Of a stretch of 44,822 nt of DNA, positions 28,701 through 34,248 are shown piece by piece. A model generated the notes under the pieces. It did not search any database, was not told where the DNA came from, and worked only from the letters and a program-made list of their open reading frames with translations. The position numbers and the translations under genes were made by a program. Numbering within the stretch: the stretch's first letter is position 1; each line of letters opens with the position of its first letter. Location of the stretch: the IMG/VR virus record IMGVR_UViG_3300017963_000102, one strand, 5' to 3'. This DNA is from a virus.

Positions 28701-31470
28701 CGACACGTTCACGATGGAGGGCACGGAGTACAAGTACGTCCGGTCGATCGGCGATGAGATCGAGCTCGACATCATGGCTGCCCAGGGCCCTGACGTCGGA
28801 GAGGTCGGGGACGTCGCGGTTGCTCCCGAGGCCGCGGAGTCAAGGCGGTTTCCGCGGGCGGACCTGGTCGCCAAGCTGAAACGGGAGTTCGAGCTGACGG
28901 AGGACAAGCCCGGTACCAGCCCGGACGCCGGCGAGTGGCGGGAGCTCGAGCAGGAAGGGTACAGGCCGGCCAACTGGCTCGCGGGGGTGCCGGCGAACCA
29001 GCGGGCGAGTCTGCTGAAGTGGATCCGGGAGCACGGACCCGATCATCCGGCTTACGGCATGGGGGCGATGTTCAACTTTCCCGACGTCCGCGGGACCTGG
29101 ACGCGCATCTGGGACGGGTTCGCCGATTCGCTCCGGAGTCTGCCCCCTGGTCTCCGCAAGAAAGTTGTTGACGCGATCGGGCGGGCGGTCTGGGGTACCG
29201 ATCGGTGGAACGTGGATCCGGACGCCTGGCGTGCGATCCAGCGTTATCACGGCGGGATGCGCGAGGCGAAGTATGACGCGGACAAGATCACGGGGGCTGT
29301 AGAGGCTCGCATGGGCGAGCTCGAGAAAATGTACGGGCCCGGTGCCCGGGAGACGTTCAACAACTTACTCACCGACGTGGCGGAGGGACGCGAGGATCCG
29401 GCGCGCCTGGATCCGGTGAGCCGCCAGGTCTACGAACGGTATCGCGCCAAGGTGAACCAGCTCACGGACGAGTTCCTGAACGAGACCCACCTGCACAGCT
29501 ACGCGGAGGGGTTCGGCCTGACGAACCTGCTCGAGATCATCCAACGCAAGCGGGAGAGCCCGGGCGCCTACCTCCGCATGATCTTCCGGGAGCAGTACGA
29601 AACCGAATGGGCGGAGGGAACCCACCGGGAGAAGGTCCACAAACCGCGCAAGAAGCTCGAGGAGCGGAAGCGGATCCGGGCGATTCAGGGCGGGATGTTC
29701 AAACATCGGGCGTCGGCGGACCTCTGGACCGTCCGCAACTTCGACGGGACGTTCACGCAGTTCACTGACGCCGACCGCGCGTACGAGCACGCGAGGGAGC
29801 AGATCGACAACCCGGAGCTGAAGGAGCGGTATGGCACCAGCCTCGAGCAGCGTGTGCGCGTGACGGATCCCTTCGGCGAGGAGGCACTCGGCCACCTGGT
29901 ACCCGAGAAAAACATCCTGGTTCGGATGGGGCGGACCATCACCGACTGGCGGCACAACCTCGAGGTGCTTCGCCTGTTCTGGTACATCGACCAGACCGTC
30001 GCGAACGCCGAGAGGGTGGCGGACGACTGGGTACGCACGCCGCGCCACCCGCGGTGGGGGCCATTGGCGGAGAAGTACATCCCGCGCGAGCTCGCCGATG
30101 GCCTCATGGAGACGATTGTCGTGCGGACCGGGCTGTTGTCGCAGCTGTACGACTCCTACCTCTACGCATGGAAGGCGAGCAAGGTGGTCTACAATCCGTC
30201 GACCTGGGGCCGGAACATGCTGGGGCTCAACTTCTTCTGGCTCATGGACGGGATCCACCCGGTCAAAGATGCGCGCTGGTTCGTCGAGGCCGTGCGGCAC
30301 TTCCGGGAAGGGACGCCGACCTTCCGCCGGCTGCTGCGGGAGAACGAGATCAGCGCGGGGTACGCCGAGACGGAGATCGACCGGATCGACAAACTGATCC
30401 GGGATCCGCAGAATACCGTGACCACGGCGCTGGCCAAGTTCCTGAGCAGGCTGGACAGGATCACCAGGAAGACGGGGAATCTGTACGATCTTCCCGACCA
30501 GATCAGCAAGATGGCGTCCTACCTTCGCCATACGTCCGGCCAGGGGTGGAGTCACGAGGAAGCGGTCGCCGCGCTGCAAGGCTACCCGAACTACGCCAGG
30601 CGCGGGAACCTGACGGCCTGGGCCCGCCGCAGTCCGTTCGGGGCTTCGTTCATCGCTTTTGCCGGGGCCTCGGTGCAGGTGAACCTGCACTACGCCAGGA
30701 CGCGACCAGGCCGGTTGCTGATGATGTGGTTGTTGCCGGGGCTGACCACGCTGCTGACGAGTGTGATCCTCGGCCTGGAGGACGAGGAGATTGCGCTCGT
30801 GAACCATGGCGTCCGGCGCAAGACGAAGTCCCCCCTCGGCCGCTACGACCCGTTCGCGTGGATGGACCGGTATTTCATGCCCCTGCTGCCTTGGCGCGAC
30901 GATCAGGGCCGGGTGCGGCAGCTGGATCTGCGGTGGATCTTCCCGCTGGCCAATGATTTCCGGGTAAACACGGGGCCTGGCGGGTTCGGGATTCCCCTCC
31001 TGCTGTCGCAGCCCCTGACCAAGACGGGGATCGAGATCGCGATGAACCGGTCGAGCTGGACGGGCCGCGACATCGCCCGGGAGCACGACGAGCCGGTCGA
31101 GAAGGTGAGGGCGATCGCGAAACACGTGTTCGAGGGTGTTATCCCGCTGCCGACCATCACCACGCGCGGAGCGCGCCGGATCTACCTGGCGGCGACCGGC
31201 GATGAACGCTACCCGCTCATCAAGACCATCCTGAAAGAGCTGTTCGGGATCAACGTGTCGGCGCCATGGATCCGCCGAGAGGATGCGTTCCGAATGCTGA
31301 AGGAGATGAAGGGGGAGAAGGCCGCCAAGGCGTTCGAGGTCGCCTTGACGGCCTACAACGAAATCTACCGGTCCGACCGTGACAAACGCATCAAGAGCCG
31401 GGCGGTCTCCCAATCCCTACGACAGGGGCGGCGCCGGGAGTTACGATCTGCGAGGACCGGTCGGGGGTAA
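19735..31470 (+). CDS. giant 3,911-codon ORF: N6-adenine DNA methyltransferase + SNF2-like helicase (P1 DarB-like) with long N- and C-terminal extensions
   Basis: ATG with GGGAG upstream. Methyltransferase motif I is VLEPASGVGHFFG (~24118..24157) and motif IV is ISNVPFG (~24313..24333). Helicase motifs are motif I LEPGAGKTM (~26248), motif II IYDESQ (~26734), motif III FQTATPVSNSMVELYNL (~26890) and motif VI QIQGRAVRPGN (~27769). A hydrophobic helix (LLMMWLLPGLTTLLTSVILGL) lies at ~30710..30780. Continuity as one protein is uncertain because of two frame-switch islands (see findings). Confidence 0.75.
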   Translation: MPDEPSLLDVVARRYAESRDRVPPEADDDLFRAAQRHQLPPLETAEQDIFNAAQAVFQGAAVPEIRPAAPSPEQQARDRAAEENIPLLERRPGIEEPYGELERRVAQRVIREQEIGAEDYGERRRLFDERMEAAARERWAERVRAEREQFYRENPEARPPEAIDLTRPQMGPPAPEPKRKRVGALKRLFGPLVRTTQAPARVTGRLMQETRASTLVNEIVERETRHRRRNKLHTPEQLETQYGVDAAVRQELLGGFPMYDDQAFDKQKQLYMLWKSIEDSHGEALPEAQGWLEKLATFGGDLGAFIAEISILRQTPGLARYSRQYARGVAPVTAPTGPEALRQATRQHQVAGVARETLAAGGVGALHGEDPFQAMLTFAPFGATRFLKPVQRTMAQSALFAGPDVMAGEWQDAIVHGVFGPLIFSIPDMIRYPFRARGARPEPIGDWERFADSPSQVERLIYRYMSINREVQGFAGREVSANELRTAQSEAGQAAQALARHYARAQEGRGEYSRQEQALLREFVHHHRPEAVQGRWQEEARHAPEEGMQPGERVVEHPRDEGRRPPPEGRGRGEPPRGGVTPEEGRGPVGPTEARPQERPQARPEVTPKPPAPPPSPGPEAPPTAAPPRPSVSAPKKPEPRPPGGAAPGVQVGQRTGSTEGYKERYLQLYGEEMPAWAESLIETRRKGPEGGGREALKDELRSLGVPENQLNRMAMTWYFPEMPDRPSTVMEAIRRTKEAMAPPPAEPERPPVAEEAAAIEPPADLLKWWDGLSNADRADAAVTFGWTKQDAARYAQARWQDLARSVQEHLVERWEKMTETDRAQLGLPRRQAEQPVPTPEPVDVDDEITPETMQAVGREPEAPAEPPALRAGLAEEWWDKELTTAGRRDVLAALGREDAAAELVSPKVRWRHIRHDMQDVLRRALAERTLPQELWPEEMTPPDAAQAWWTNASLAERRRAAEQIGYIEEHGAKLLAKVSWEQLSADVQGDLRAAVARGELGAPEPAPQPVAAPSGPAAPERPVTPPEAPELAEGPEPPLPGMGDVVRARLVSTYRKLLAQYKSLVQEGYKSPVYQEIVARKSRDWERHVIPGSDMERVRQGGPFDIGKDITDQFESPLAIAETKRKDAMAVFESWPEARAVAIARDVGIDKPSRTLLGILEQEAASETLPTREEGPQPPPEEPEGPAGLPTPIGPSPGPTPTAGAPEPAAPGEREGGREPAVSERPRGEEALGEAPTEAVREPRPAEPAEPGALPGPGADVEGRPPVPGERRAGEPSPEPSEPGVAPPAKRRRKAPGERARGEPRARPGARELPQEEGAVQPRPAEPEPEPVTHTEPTVGGSDYIIAEDDPLFAEGMGKRAARTNIQAIRVLKEVESENRPATPEEQTQLVKYLGWGSMSETFNTWRTEWDAIRKELQGVLDADEYQAAADSTSNAMYTPPRIIKAMYAAVIGFGFRGGSVLEPASGVGHFFGLMPPELRKLVTRVGIEKDSISARIGALLYPRSDMRRTPFEEAQLPKDYFTLAISNVPFGNVAIFDPRYPQWATAAIHDYFFIRSLDLVRPGGVVAFITSNETMDKATPYVRQGIAERADLLGAVRLNNKSLPGTQVVADIIFLRKRLPGEEPGGEAWLKSPRLPELRDYTVNEYFHAHPEMVLGTFAPGTFHARGARITVNPRSKEDPLEGLAEAVAALPHNVMTEAGDVTAPKDPADLVMAPTRVPVGSFFRVGDKVHYKGESETAPPAAVIVRGEIQAKERAKAARKIKPGQKRPALLTASQIDKLVAERVELIGAQVELRDVVLELLHRQAVNDAEGWKGAQRDLTRIYDAFVKKYGYLHKPKNVRALGDDYHTAGVLDAVEVWDPKTKRATKAPIFERRMIAAHERKLRAESPQDAINTSMNEYGKLDLAYMAQLLETTPAGVKQQLLEGALAFESPAGELVVRDEYLSGNVRQKLADAEAAAQMDPDRYRGNVEALREVIPKDLTVSEITPQLGAPWIPQEIVQAFGLHLFGATERGGLFIRYIPELGKWIVRGGYEVSSTVAARSKWGMPDRPGPQLLGDALSNRAPIIKVQVGEREDGTPIMEEDPIASDAAAEKIKVIRAEFERWIWSEPKRTNQLVKAYNFAFNNQAPRDYDGSYLTFPGMSPTWNLYDYQRNAVAFNLQRGSGLVNLEPGAGKTMIAIATARELVRLGMARKPMIVVQASTLEQFRRDAKSMYPGHSWTVLTEQDTAPANLRKTLAKIATTESTVVIMSHERLLKLPMSAEYTTDYFEERINDLSRAKEAAAQLEGEHGRTAKELGKARARMRVQLQKRLHALKQMEGMGFEQLGIDYVIYDESQRLKNLAYQTQMQRVKGLGPTEGNNTTFDAEMKTKYLLRLQNGRGVLFQTATPVSNSMVELYNLTRFLAPTMLEGRGITTFDQWVGSFGSVESDVESLGEGGYRDVRRLRDYVNVDDFMAMYADHTYVVSKDDVHARWKAEGRPAPLIAKNADGERTWRLIVSPPNAAHEAYVKTIKARAEALKKRKRRPRKGEDNILNVITDNRIAGLDLKLRRPDAPRHPEDKISRLAQEIITRHERDAGERLTQLVAMSFGIPKPGEYSTYHELRDLLVEGGIPKEEIAILQEVSAQKRQELFDKMNRGDVRVLMGTIQLLGIGVNVQARLKTLHLADPAYTPDRIEQIQGRAVRPGNMNTEVELLAYVQKGSADEFMYSLAFHKWRFQGALLSGTLKGARTFQDVDVIAGGFEAAMAHASRAPVVLEWTKARKALQHLQRLKTAHEGSQRELRAQLGRLQELADRIRTRTLPAAQRGAKLVGDAAEQALQVTVGGVTYTKPGEAGVALNDAVMAMPLSSEFRPLGTVNGVEIEAAHEQRTSVHETYDVAMFRLAGTSITFGSEQGGHWYPQAIDIHPKLKKTGASYITRDAKRLLEIPAQRAERLQERLEKTEAELASGEKELGPFAREADLAEYTAKEAKLSAQVEALGAEPVKPGDTFTMEGTEYKYVRSIGDEIELDIMAAQGPDVGEVGDVAVAPEAAESRRFPRADLVAKLKREFELTEDKPGTSPDAGEWRELEQEGYRPANWLAGVPANQRASLLKWIREHGPDHPAYGMGAMFNFPDVRGTWTRIWDGFADSLRSLPPGLRKKVVDAIGRAVWGTDRWNVDPDAWRAIQRYHGGMREAKYDADKITGAVEARMGELEKMYGPGARETFNNLLTDVAEGREDPARLDPVSRQVYERYRAKVNQLTDEFLNETHLHSYAEGFGLTNLLEIIQRKRESPGAYLRMIFREQYETEWAEGTHREKVHKPRKKLEERKRIRAIQGGMFKHRASADLWTVRNFDGTFTQFTDADRAYEHAREQIDNPELKERYGTSLEQRVRVTDPFGEEALGHLVPEKNILVRMGRTITDWRHNLEVLRLFWYIDQTVANAERVADDWVRTPRHPRWGPLAEKYIPRELADGLMETIVVRTGLLSQLYDSYLYAWKASKVVYNPSTWGRNMLGLNFFWLMDGIHPVKDARWFVEAVRHFREGTPTFRRLLRENEISAGYAETEIDRIDKLIRDPQNTVTTALAKFLSRLDRITRKTGNLYDLPDQISKMASYLRHTSGQGWSHEEAVAALQGYPNYARRGNLTAWARRSPFGASFIAFAGASVQVNLHYARTRPGRLLMMWLLPGLTTLLTSVILGLEDEEIALVNHGVRRKTKSPLGRYDPFAWMDRYFMPLLPWRDDQGRVRQLDLRWIFPLANDFRVNTGPGGFGIPLLLSQPLTKTGIEIAMNRSSWTGRDIAREHDEPVEKVRAIAKHVFEGVIPLPTITTRGARRIYLAATGDERYPLIKTILKELFGINVSAPWIRREDAFRMLKEMKGEKAAKAFEVALTAYNEIYRSDRDKRIKSRAVSQSLRQGRRRELRSARTGRG
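21359..21475 (+). CDS. nested +1-frame small ORF (38 aa) inside the giant ORF
   Basis: GGAGG (21348..21352), a 6-nt spacer, then ATG 21359. The product is MPLKKGCNQANVSSNIREMKDAGHPQKVAVAASLRAAG. The +1 frame carries the G/C third-position signal here. After TGA 21473..21475 the same frame continues with a Lys-rich tail to TGA 21551..21553. Confidence 0.5.
   Translation: MPLKKGCNQANVSSNIREMKDAGHPQKVAVAASLRAAG
23234..23773 (+). CDS. nested +1-frame ORF (179 aa) inside the giant ORF; TnpV-like helical core (tentative)
   Basis: AGGAGG (23222..23227), a 6-nt spacer, then GTG 23234. This is the first start after TAG 23216..23218 in this frame. Hand count over 23372..23701: 102/110 codons end in G/C in this frame against 44/110 in the giant-ORF frame. 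The product reads as a normal helical protein (HWAKHLPKLFASLVQQNRLNRALYLAQELTLRAV...EWLLPPSEDE). Confidence 0.55.
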   Translation: MKRYRHGKRVRSPRRKNRKGQPDYPLRLAPAQDQHPLLEPQSPPPQVSEKEAESLLSASGLEAKKHWAKHLPKLFASLVQQNRLNRALYLAQELTLRAVHRYRENGVPANQALSLVSQEWLLPPSEDERRLENELAGNLEPDQVLASYHKRRGRFSPGLPSPSRNQSPIPSPPSEEATT

Positions 31471-31699
31471 GCATCGGCTGGAACCGCAGCCGCAGGTCGA
31501 ACTGGAGCACCTGTTCCTCTGCGTTCGGATCCTCCTGGTACAGCAGTAGATCATCAAGATGTTCCGCGTCGAGCATCGCCCCCAGGGGCGGGATCTTCGG
31601 GAACGCCTGGCCGTTGACGACGTCGACCACCACCCAGGTCGGGTTCTGCGGGTCGCCCAGTAACAGTAAGACAACACTCGTTCGTGCCTGCTCCGCCAT
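31391..31699 (-). CDS. hypothetical acidic protein
   Basis: Minus-strand ATG with AGGAG 4-5 nt upstream; 102 aa. The 3' ~80 nt overlap the end of the convergent giant ORF. Confidence 0.6.
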   Translation of the reverse strand: MAEQARTSVVLLLLGDPQNPTWVVVDVVNGQAFPKIPPLGAMLDAEHLDDLLLYQEDPNAEEQVLQFDLRLRFQPMLTPDRSSQIVTPGAAPVVGIGRPPGS

Positions 31700-31705
31700 A
31701 GTCTC

Positions 31706-31939
31706 CTACCTCGTGATTGTGACCGTGATCCCGCGGGCCATGAGCTGTTTGAGCTGACGCTTCGTCACGGTCTGGCCCGTATGAAACTCCACGATGTTCC
31801 GCTGGCGGGTCACCGTGTACGACGTCCGCTTTCCCCCCTGGCTTGCCTCCCGGACCCACACGTTCGGACGCAGCAGCAGCGTCTTGGGGTCCTTGTCGCC
31901 CTTCTGCCTCCTCTTTGCCTTCTTCTTCGACTTGCGCAT
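31706..31939 (-). CDS. hypothetical basic protein (77 aa)
   Basis: Minus-strand ATG with AAGGAG 7 nt upstream. It has a Lys/Arg-rich N-terminus (MRKSKKKAKRRQKGDK) and is the first gene of a two-gene leftward operon. Confidence 0.7.
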   Translation of the reverse strand: MRKSKKKAKRRQKGDKDPKTLLLRPNVWVREASQGGKRTSYTVTRQRNIVEFHTGQTVTKRQLKQLMARGITVTITR

Positions 31940-32048
31940 GACAATTCTCCTTGCGTGAGTGGACTCGCGGGGGGACCGCAGCCCCTACATCTGGTACCCT
32001 ATCGGTCGTCGGGCCGTTTGCAAGTGACAAAATGGTCCGTTTTTTGTG

Positions 32049-32076
32049 TTGACACTCGCGGGGGCTGGTCGACAAT
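32049..32076 (+). promoter_or_regulatory. sigma70-like promoter candidate (rightward)
   Basis: TTGACA (32049..32054), 16 nt, then GACAAT (32071..32076), in the 428-bp non-coding region upstream of the wHTH gene. An 11-mer repeat overlaps its spacer. Confidence 0.35.
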
Positions 32077-32367
32077 AGCCAAGGCATTCTCCAGTCTGGT
32101 CGAAGCGCGCCGGTGGCAGGGATGCCCCGGTGACCAGGCGTGGGGCAAGGACCGCGGGAACGACGTGGAGCGGAGCACTTAGCCATGTGCAGGACCAAAG
32201 ACCTCGGACCTCCCTGGCGAAGGCAATCCTCTCTCTCCGCTCCACGTCGCCGCTGGTCATCGGCTTCTTTACGGGGGTGCGAGCGGGGACCTGCTGACCG
32301 CGGTTCTCATGGTGGCCATGGTCGGTCGCGCCCCGCCGCCCCTGTTTGTTCACCTGTGAGGTAAGTT

Positions 32368-32664
32368 GTGACTATTCCGCAGTTTCCACGGAGCAAGAAC
32401 CAGGCACGCATCGCCATGGCCCTTCTCGCGGGGTGGGTCTCGACGGAAGCCGTAGTTGCTCACAGCAAATGCAACAAGCGCACTGCGCAACGTGCCCTCC
32501 GCCTCATGGAGACCTTGGGTCTTGTGGAAAACCGGGTGCAGCACTCGCACTTTGGCAGCCAATCCATGTGGTTTCCGAGGCACCGGACAATGTGGAACGG
32601 CTGTGTAGCACGGCGTTGTCGGCAGCGTCTCGGCCTCAAGAAGAAGCGAAAGTCACGGAAGTGA
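32368..32664 (+). CDS. winged-helix/HTH DNA-binding protein (putative transcription regulator)
   Basis: GTG start with GAGGT upstream; 98 aa. The HTH-like segment is WVSTEAVVAHSKCNKRTAQRALRLMETLGLVE and the C-terminal tail is basic. Confidence 0.65.
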   Translation: MTIPQFPRSKNQARIAMALLAGWVSTEAVVAHSKCNKRTAQRALRLMETLGLVENRVQHSHFGSQSMWFPRHRTMWNGCVARRCRQRLGLKKKRKSRK

Positions 32665-33431
32665 CAGGCCCTACGATGACTACGACTCGTAGAAAACCAG
32701 TCACAAAGACCTGTGCAATCGCCACCCTGTTGGTAACCGCAGCACACGCGGCGGAGCCGTACCTCGAGATCGCGATCGTCCCCAGCCCAGCCCGCCCTGA
32801 CCAGGGCGACTTTGTCGTCTCTCCGTGCGATGGTTCGTGGAACATGATCCTGATCTGGGCCCGGGCGGTCGACGGCCCGGTCGAGGTTGGATCGTGGACG
32901 TTCGATTTCGCCGGGAGCGGCGCCGCGGTGGTGGTGGATTGCGCGTTTTCCCCCCCGATGGTGAACCGCAGCTTCAGCGGGATCCCGGGGAGCAGCACAG
33001 ACAACGACTGCGCCGACGGCCTGGTCGCCTGGGACCGCGGAACGGGCTGGACGCTGACTTTCCAGCCCGAGGCGTGGTACTGGTGGCTCTACCTGTTCGT
33101 GTCCCTCGATGATGCCTGCGAGCGTGATGGAGACACCAAGCTCCAGGCCGGCGGTGTAGCGTTCGAGATCCGGGACCGAGCGGGGGAGCTTATTGAAGTA
33201 CGCGGGGCGACCTACCGTGACCTGGCCCCGGCCTGCTACGAGCCGGACACGGTCTGCCCAGCCCGGCGACCGTACTGCACGGCAGACTATACCTGCGCGG
33301 CCTCGCACCCCGCTCGTCTCGGGACCTGCGGGGAGTGCGAGGCCGTTGAAGATTGTGCGCGTGGCGAGACGTGCGTGTGTGGATCCTGCGAGTTCGAGGG
33401 CACCCGGCTACGCCGGCGGGAGGTGAAGTAA
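32661..33431 (+). CDS. secreted Cys-rich protein with Sec-type signal peptide
   Basis: GTG 32661 overlaps the upstream TGA (GTGA); ATG 32676 is an alternative start. The signal peptide is TTTRRKPVTKTCAIATLLVTAAHA/AEP. The C-terminus has many Cys (CPARRPYCTADYTCA...CGECEAVEDCARGETCVCGSCEF). Confidence 0.65.
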   Translation: MTGPTMTTTRRKPVTKTCAIATLLVTAAHAAEPYLEIAIVPSPARPDQGDFVVSPCDGSWNMILIWARAVDGPVEVGSWTFDFAGSGAAVVVDCAFSPPMVNRSFSGIPGSSTDNDCADGLVAWDRGTGWTLTFQPEAWYWWLYLFVSLDDACERDGDTKLQAGGVAFEIRDRAGELIEVRGATYRDLAPACYEPDTVCPARRPYCTADYTCAASHPARLGTCGECEAVEDCARGETCVCGSCEFEGTRLRRREVK

Positions 33432-33691
33432 TGAGCGGAGAGCGTGACGAGCTGAGGGCCGACGCTGAGCGGCTGGACCTGGGCGTTCGTGAGGACGCGG
33501 CGGGCGACAACGGTGAAGGGCAGGACGGGAACGTCGAGCTCGCGGTCGGCGTGCGTGAGGACGGAGCGATCATCGTGAACTTCGGCGTGTCGATCGAGGC
33601 CCTCGTCCTGACACGGGCCCAGGCCAAGGAGCTGCGCAAGTCGCTCCAGGAGGCCCTGGTCCACGGCCCGCCCAAACGGAGGAAGCGATGA
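33431..33691 (+). CDS. hypothetical acidic protein (86 aa)
   Basis: TAATG overlap with the upstream gene and GGAGGTG SD 6 nt upstream. Confidence 0.65.
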   Translation: MSGERDELRADAERLDLGVREDAAGDNGEGQDGNVELAVGVREDGAIIVNFGVSIEALVLTRAQAKELRKSLQEALVHGPPKRRKR

Positions 33692-34110
33692 GCGAGGATC
33701 TGAACAAGCTGGCGAGACTTCACGTACTGCGTCAGCGAATCACCGACGCGACTACCATGCTGCTGGCGCGGGGGGAGGGGACCGAGACCCTGCTTCGGGA
33801 GATCCTTGCGACACTGAAGGTCAACCGGTGCCGCAATCTGCTGGTCGGCGTGGACTCCGAAGCCACGCGGGTGTTCGACACGCTGCTCGCTGGGTGGGAG
33901 AAGCGACTGAAGGAGCTCGAACGTGAAAGCCAGGCGGAAGACCGCGGTTACTGTGCTGCTGTTGCTACTTTGGCAGACGGCGGGGTGTGCGACGCTCCTG
34001 CACGTGGGGAAGATCGCGCTACACGAGGCGGCGCACCAGGGCGCCCGGCTGGTCGGGGGAGCGTTGAGCAGGACGGTGGGGGCCCTGATCGAACGAGACG
34101 AGGAGAGTGA
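33688..34110 (+). CDS. hypothetical protein; only the first ~80 codons look coding
   Basis: ATGA overlap and GGAGGA SD. After ~33925 the third-position G/C bias is lost in this frame and appears in the overlapping lipoprotein frame. Confidence 0.55.
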   Translation: MSEDLNKLARLHVLRQRITDATTMLLARGEGTETLLREILATLKVNRCRNLLVGVDSEATRVFDTLLAGWEKRLKELERESQAEDRGYCAAVATLADGGVCDAPARGEDRATRGGAPGRPAGRGSVEQDGGGPDRTRRGE

Positions 34111-34135
34111 CCCGTGCGAGCAGCCCGGTTCCTGA
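33923..34135 (+). CDS. small lipoprotein (70 aa precursor)
   Basis: GTG start with AAGGAG 7 nt upstream. The signal is MKARRKTAVTVLLLLLWQTAG/C. It fits the broad lipobox rule as I recall it (uncharged residues, then [AGS]-C). Third-position G/C bias is strong. Confidence 0.65.
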   Translation: MKARRKTAVTVLLLLLWQTAGCATLLHVGKIALHEAAHQGARLVGGALSRTVGALIERDEESDPCEQPGS

Positions 34136-34232
34136 CCTTTGGCCGCATTGCATACTGCTGGACGACGACCAGGACGGGGACATCGACATGATCGACGTCC
34201 ACGACTGGCTACACGAAACCTGGGACTACTGA
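34107..34232 (+). CDS. possible small acidic ORF (41 aa)
   Basis: GTG 34107 overlaps TGA 34108..34110 (GTGA). The frame has high third-position G/C. The product is VTRASSPVPDLWPHCILLDDDQDGDIDMIDVHDWLHETWDY. The SD spacing is poor. Confidence 0.3.
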   Translation: MTRASSPVPDLWPHCILLDDDQDGDIDMIDVHDWLHETWDY

Positions 34233-34248
34233 CGCAAGGAGCACGACA

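Noticed and set aside
31985-32364. ORFs inside the 428-bp control region (minus 31985..32353, plus 32140..32364).
   Set aside because: They have no SD and only GTG or weak starts. They show Arg-rich or patchy composition and coding bias only over short stretches. I treated the region as non-coding.
31940-32367. tRNA or other structured RNA gene in the long intergenic region.
   Set aside because: I found no T-loop (GGTTCGANNCC-like) or cloverleaf arms by eye. A covariance-model scan would be needed to be sure.
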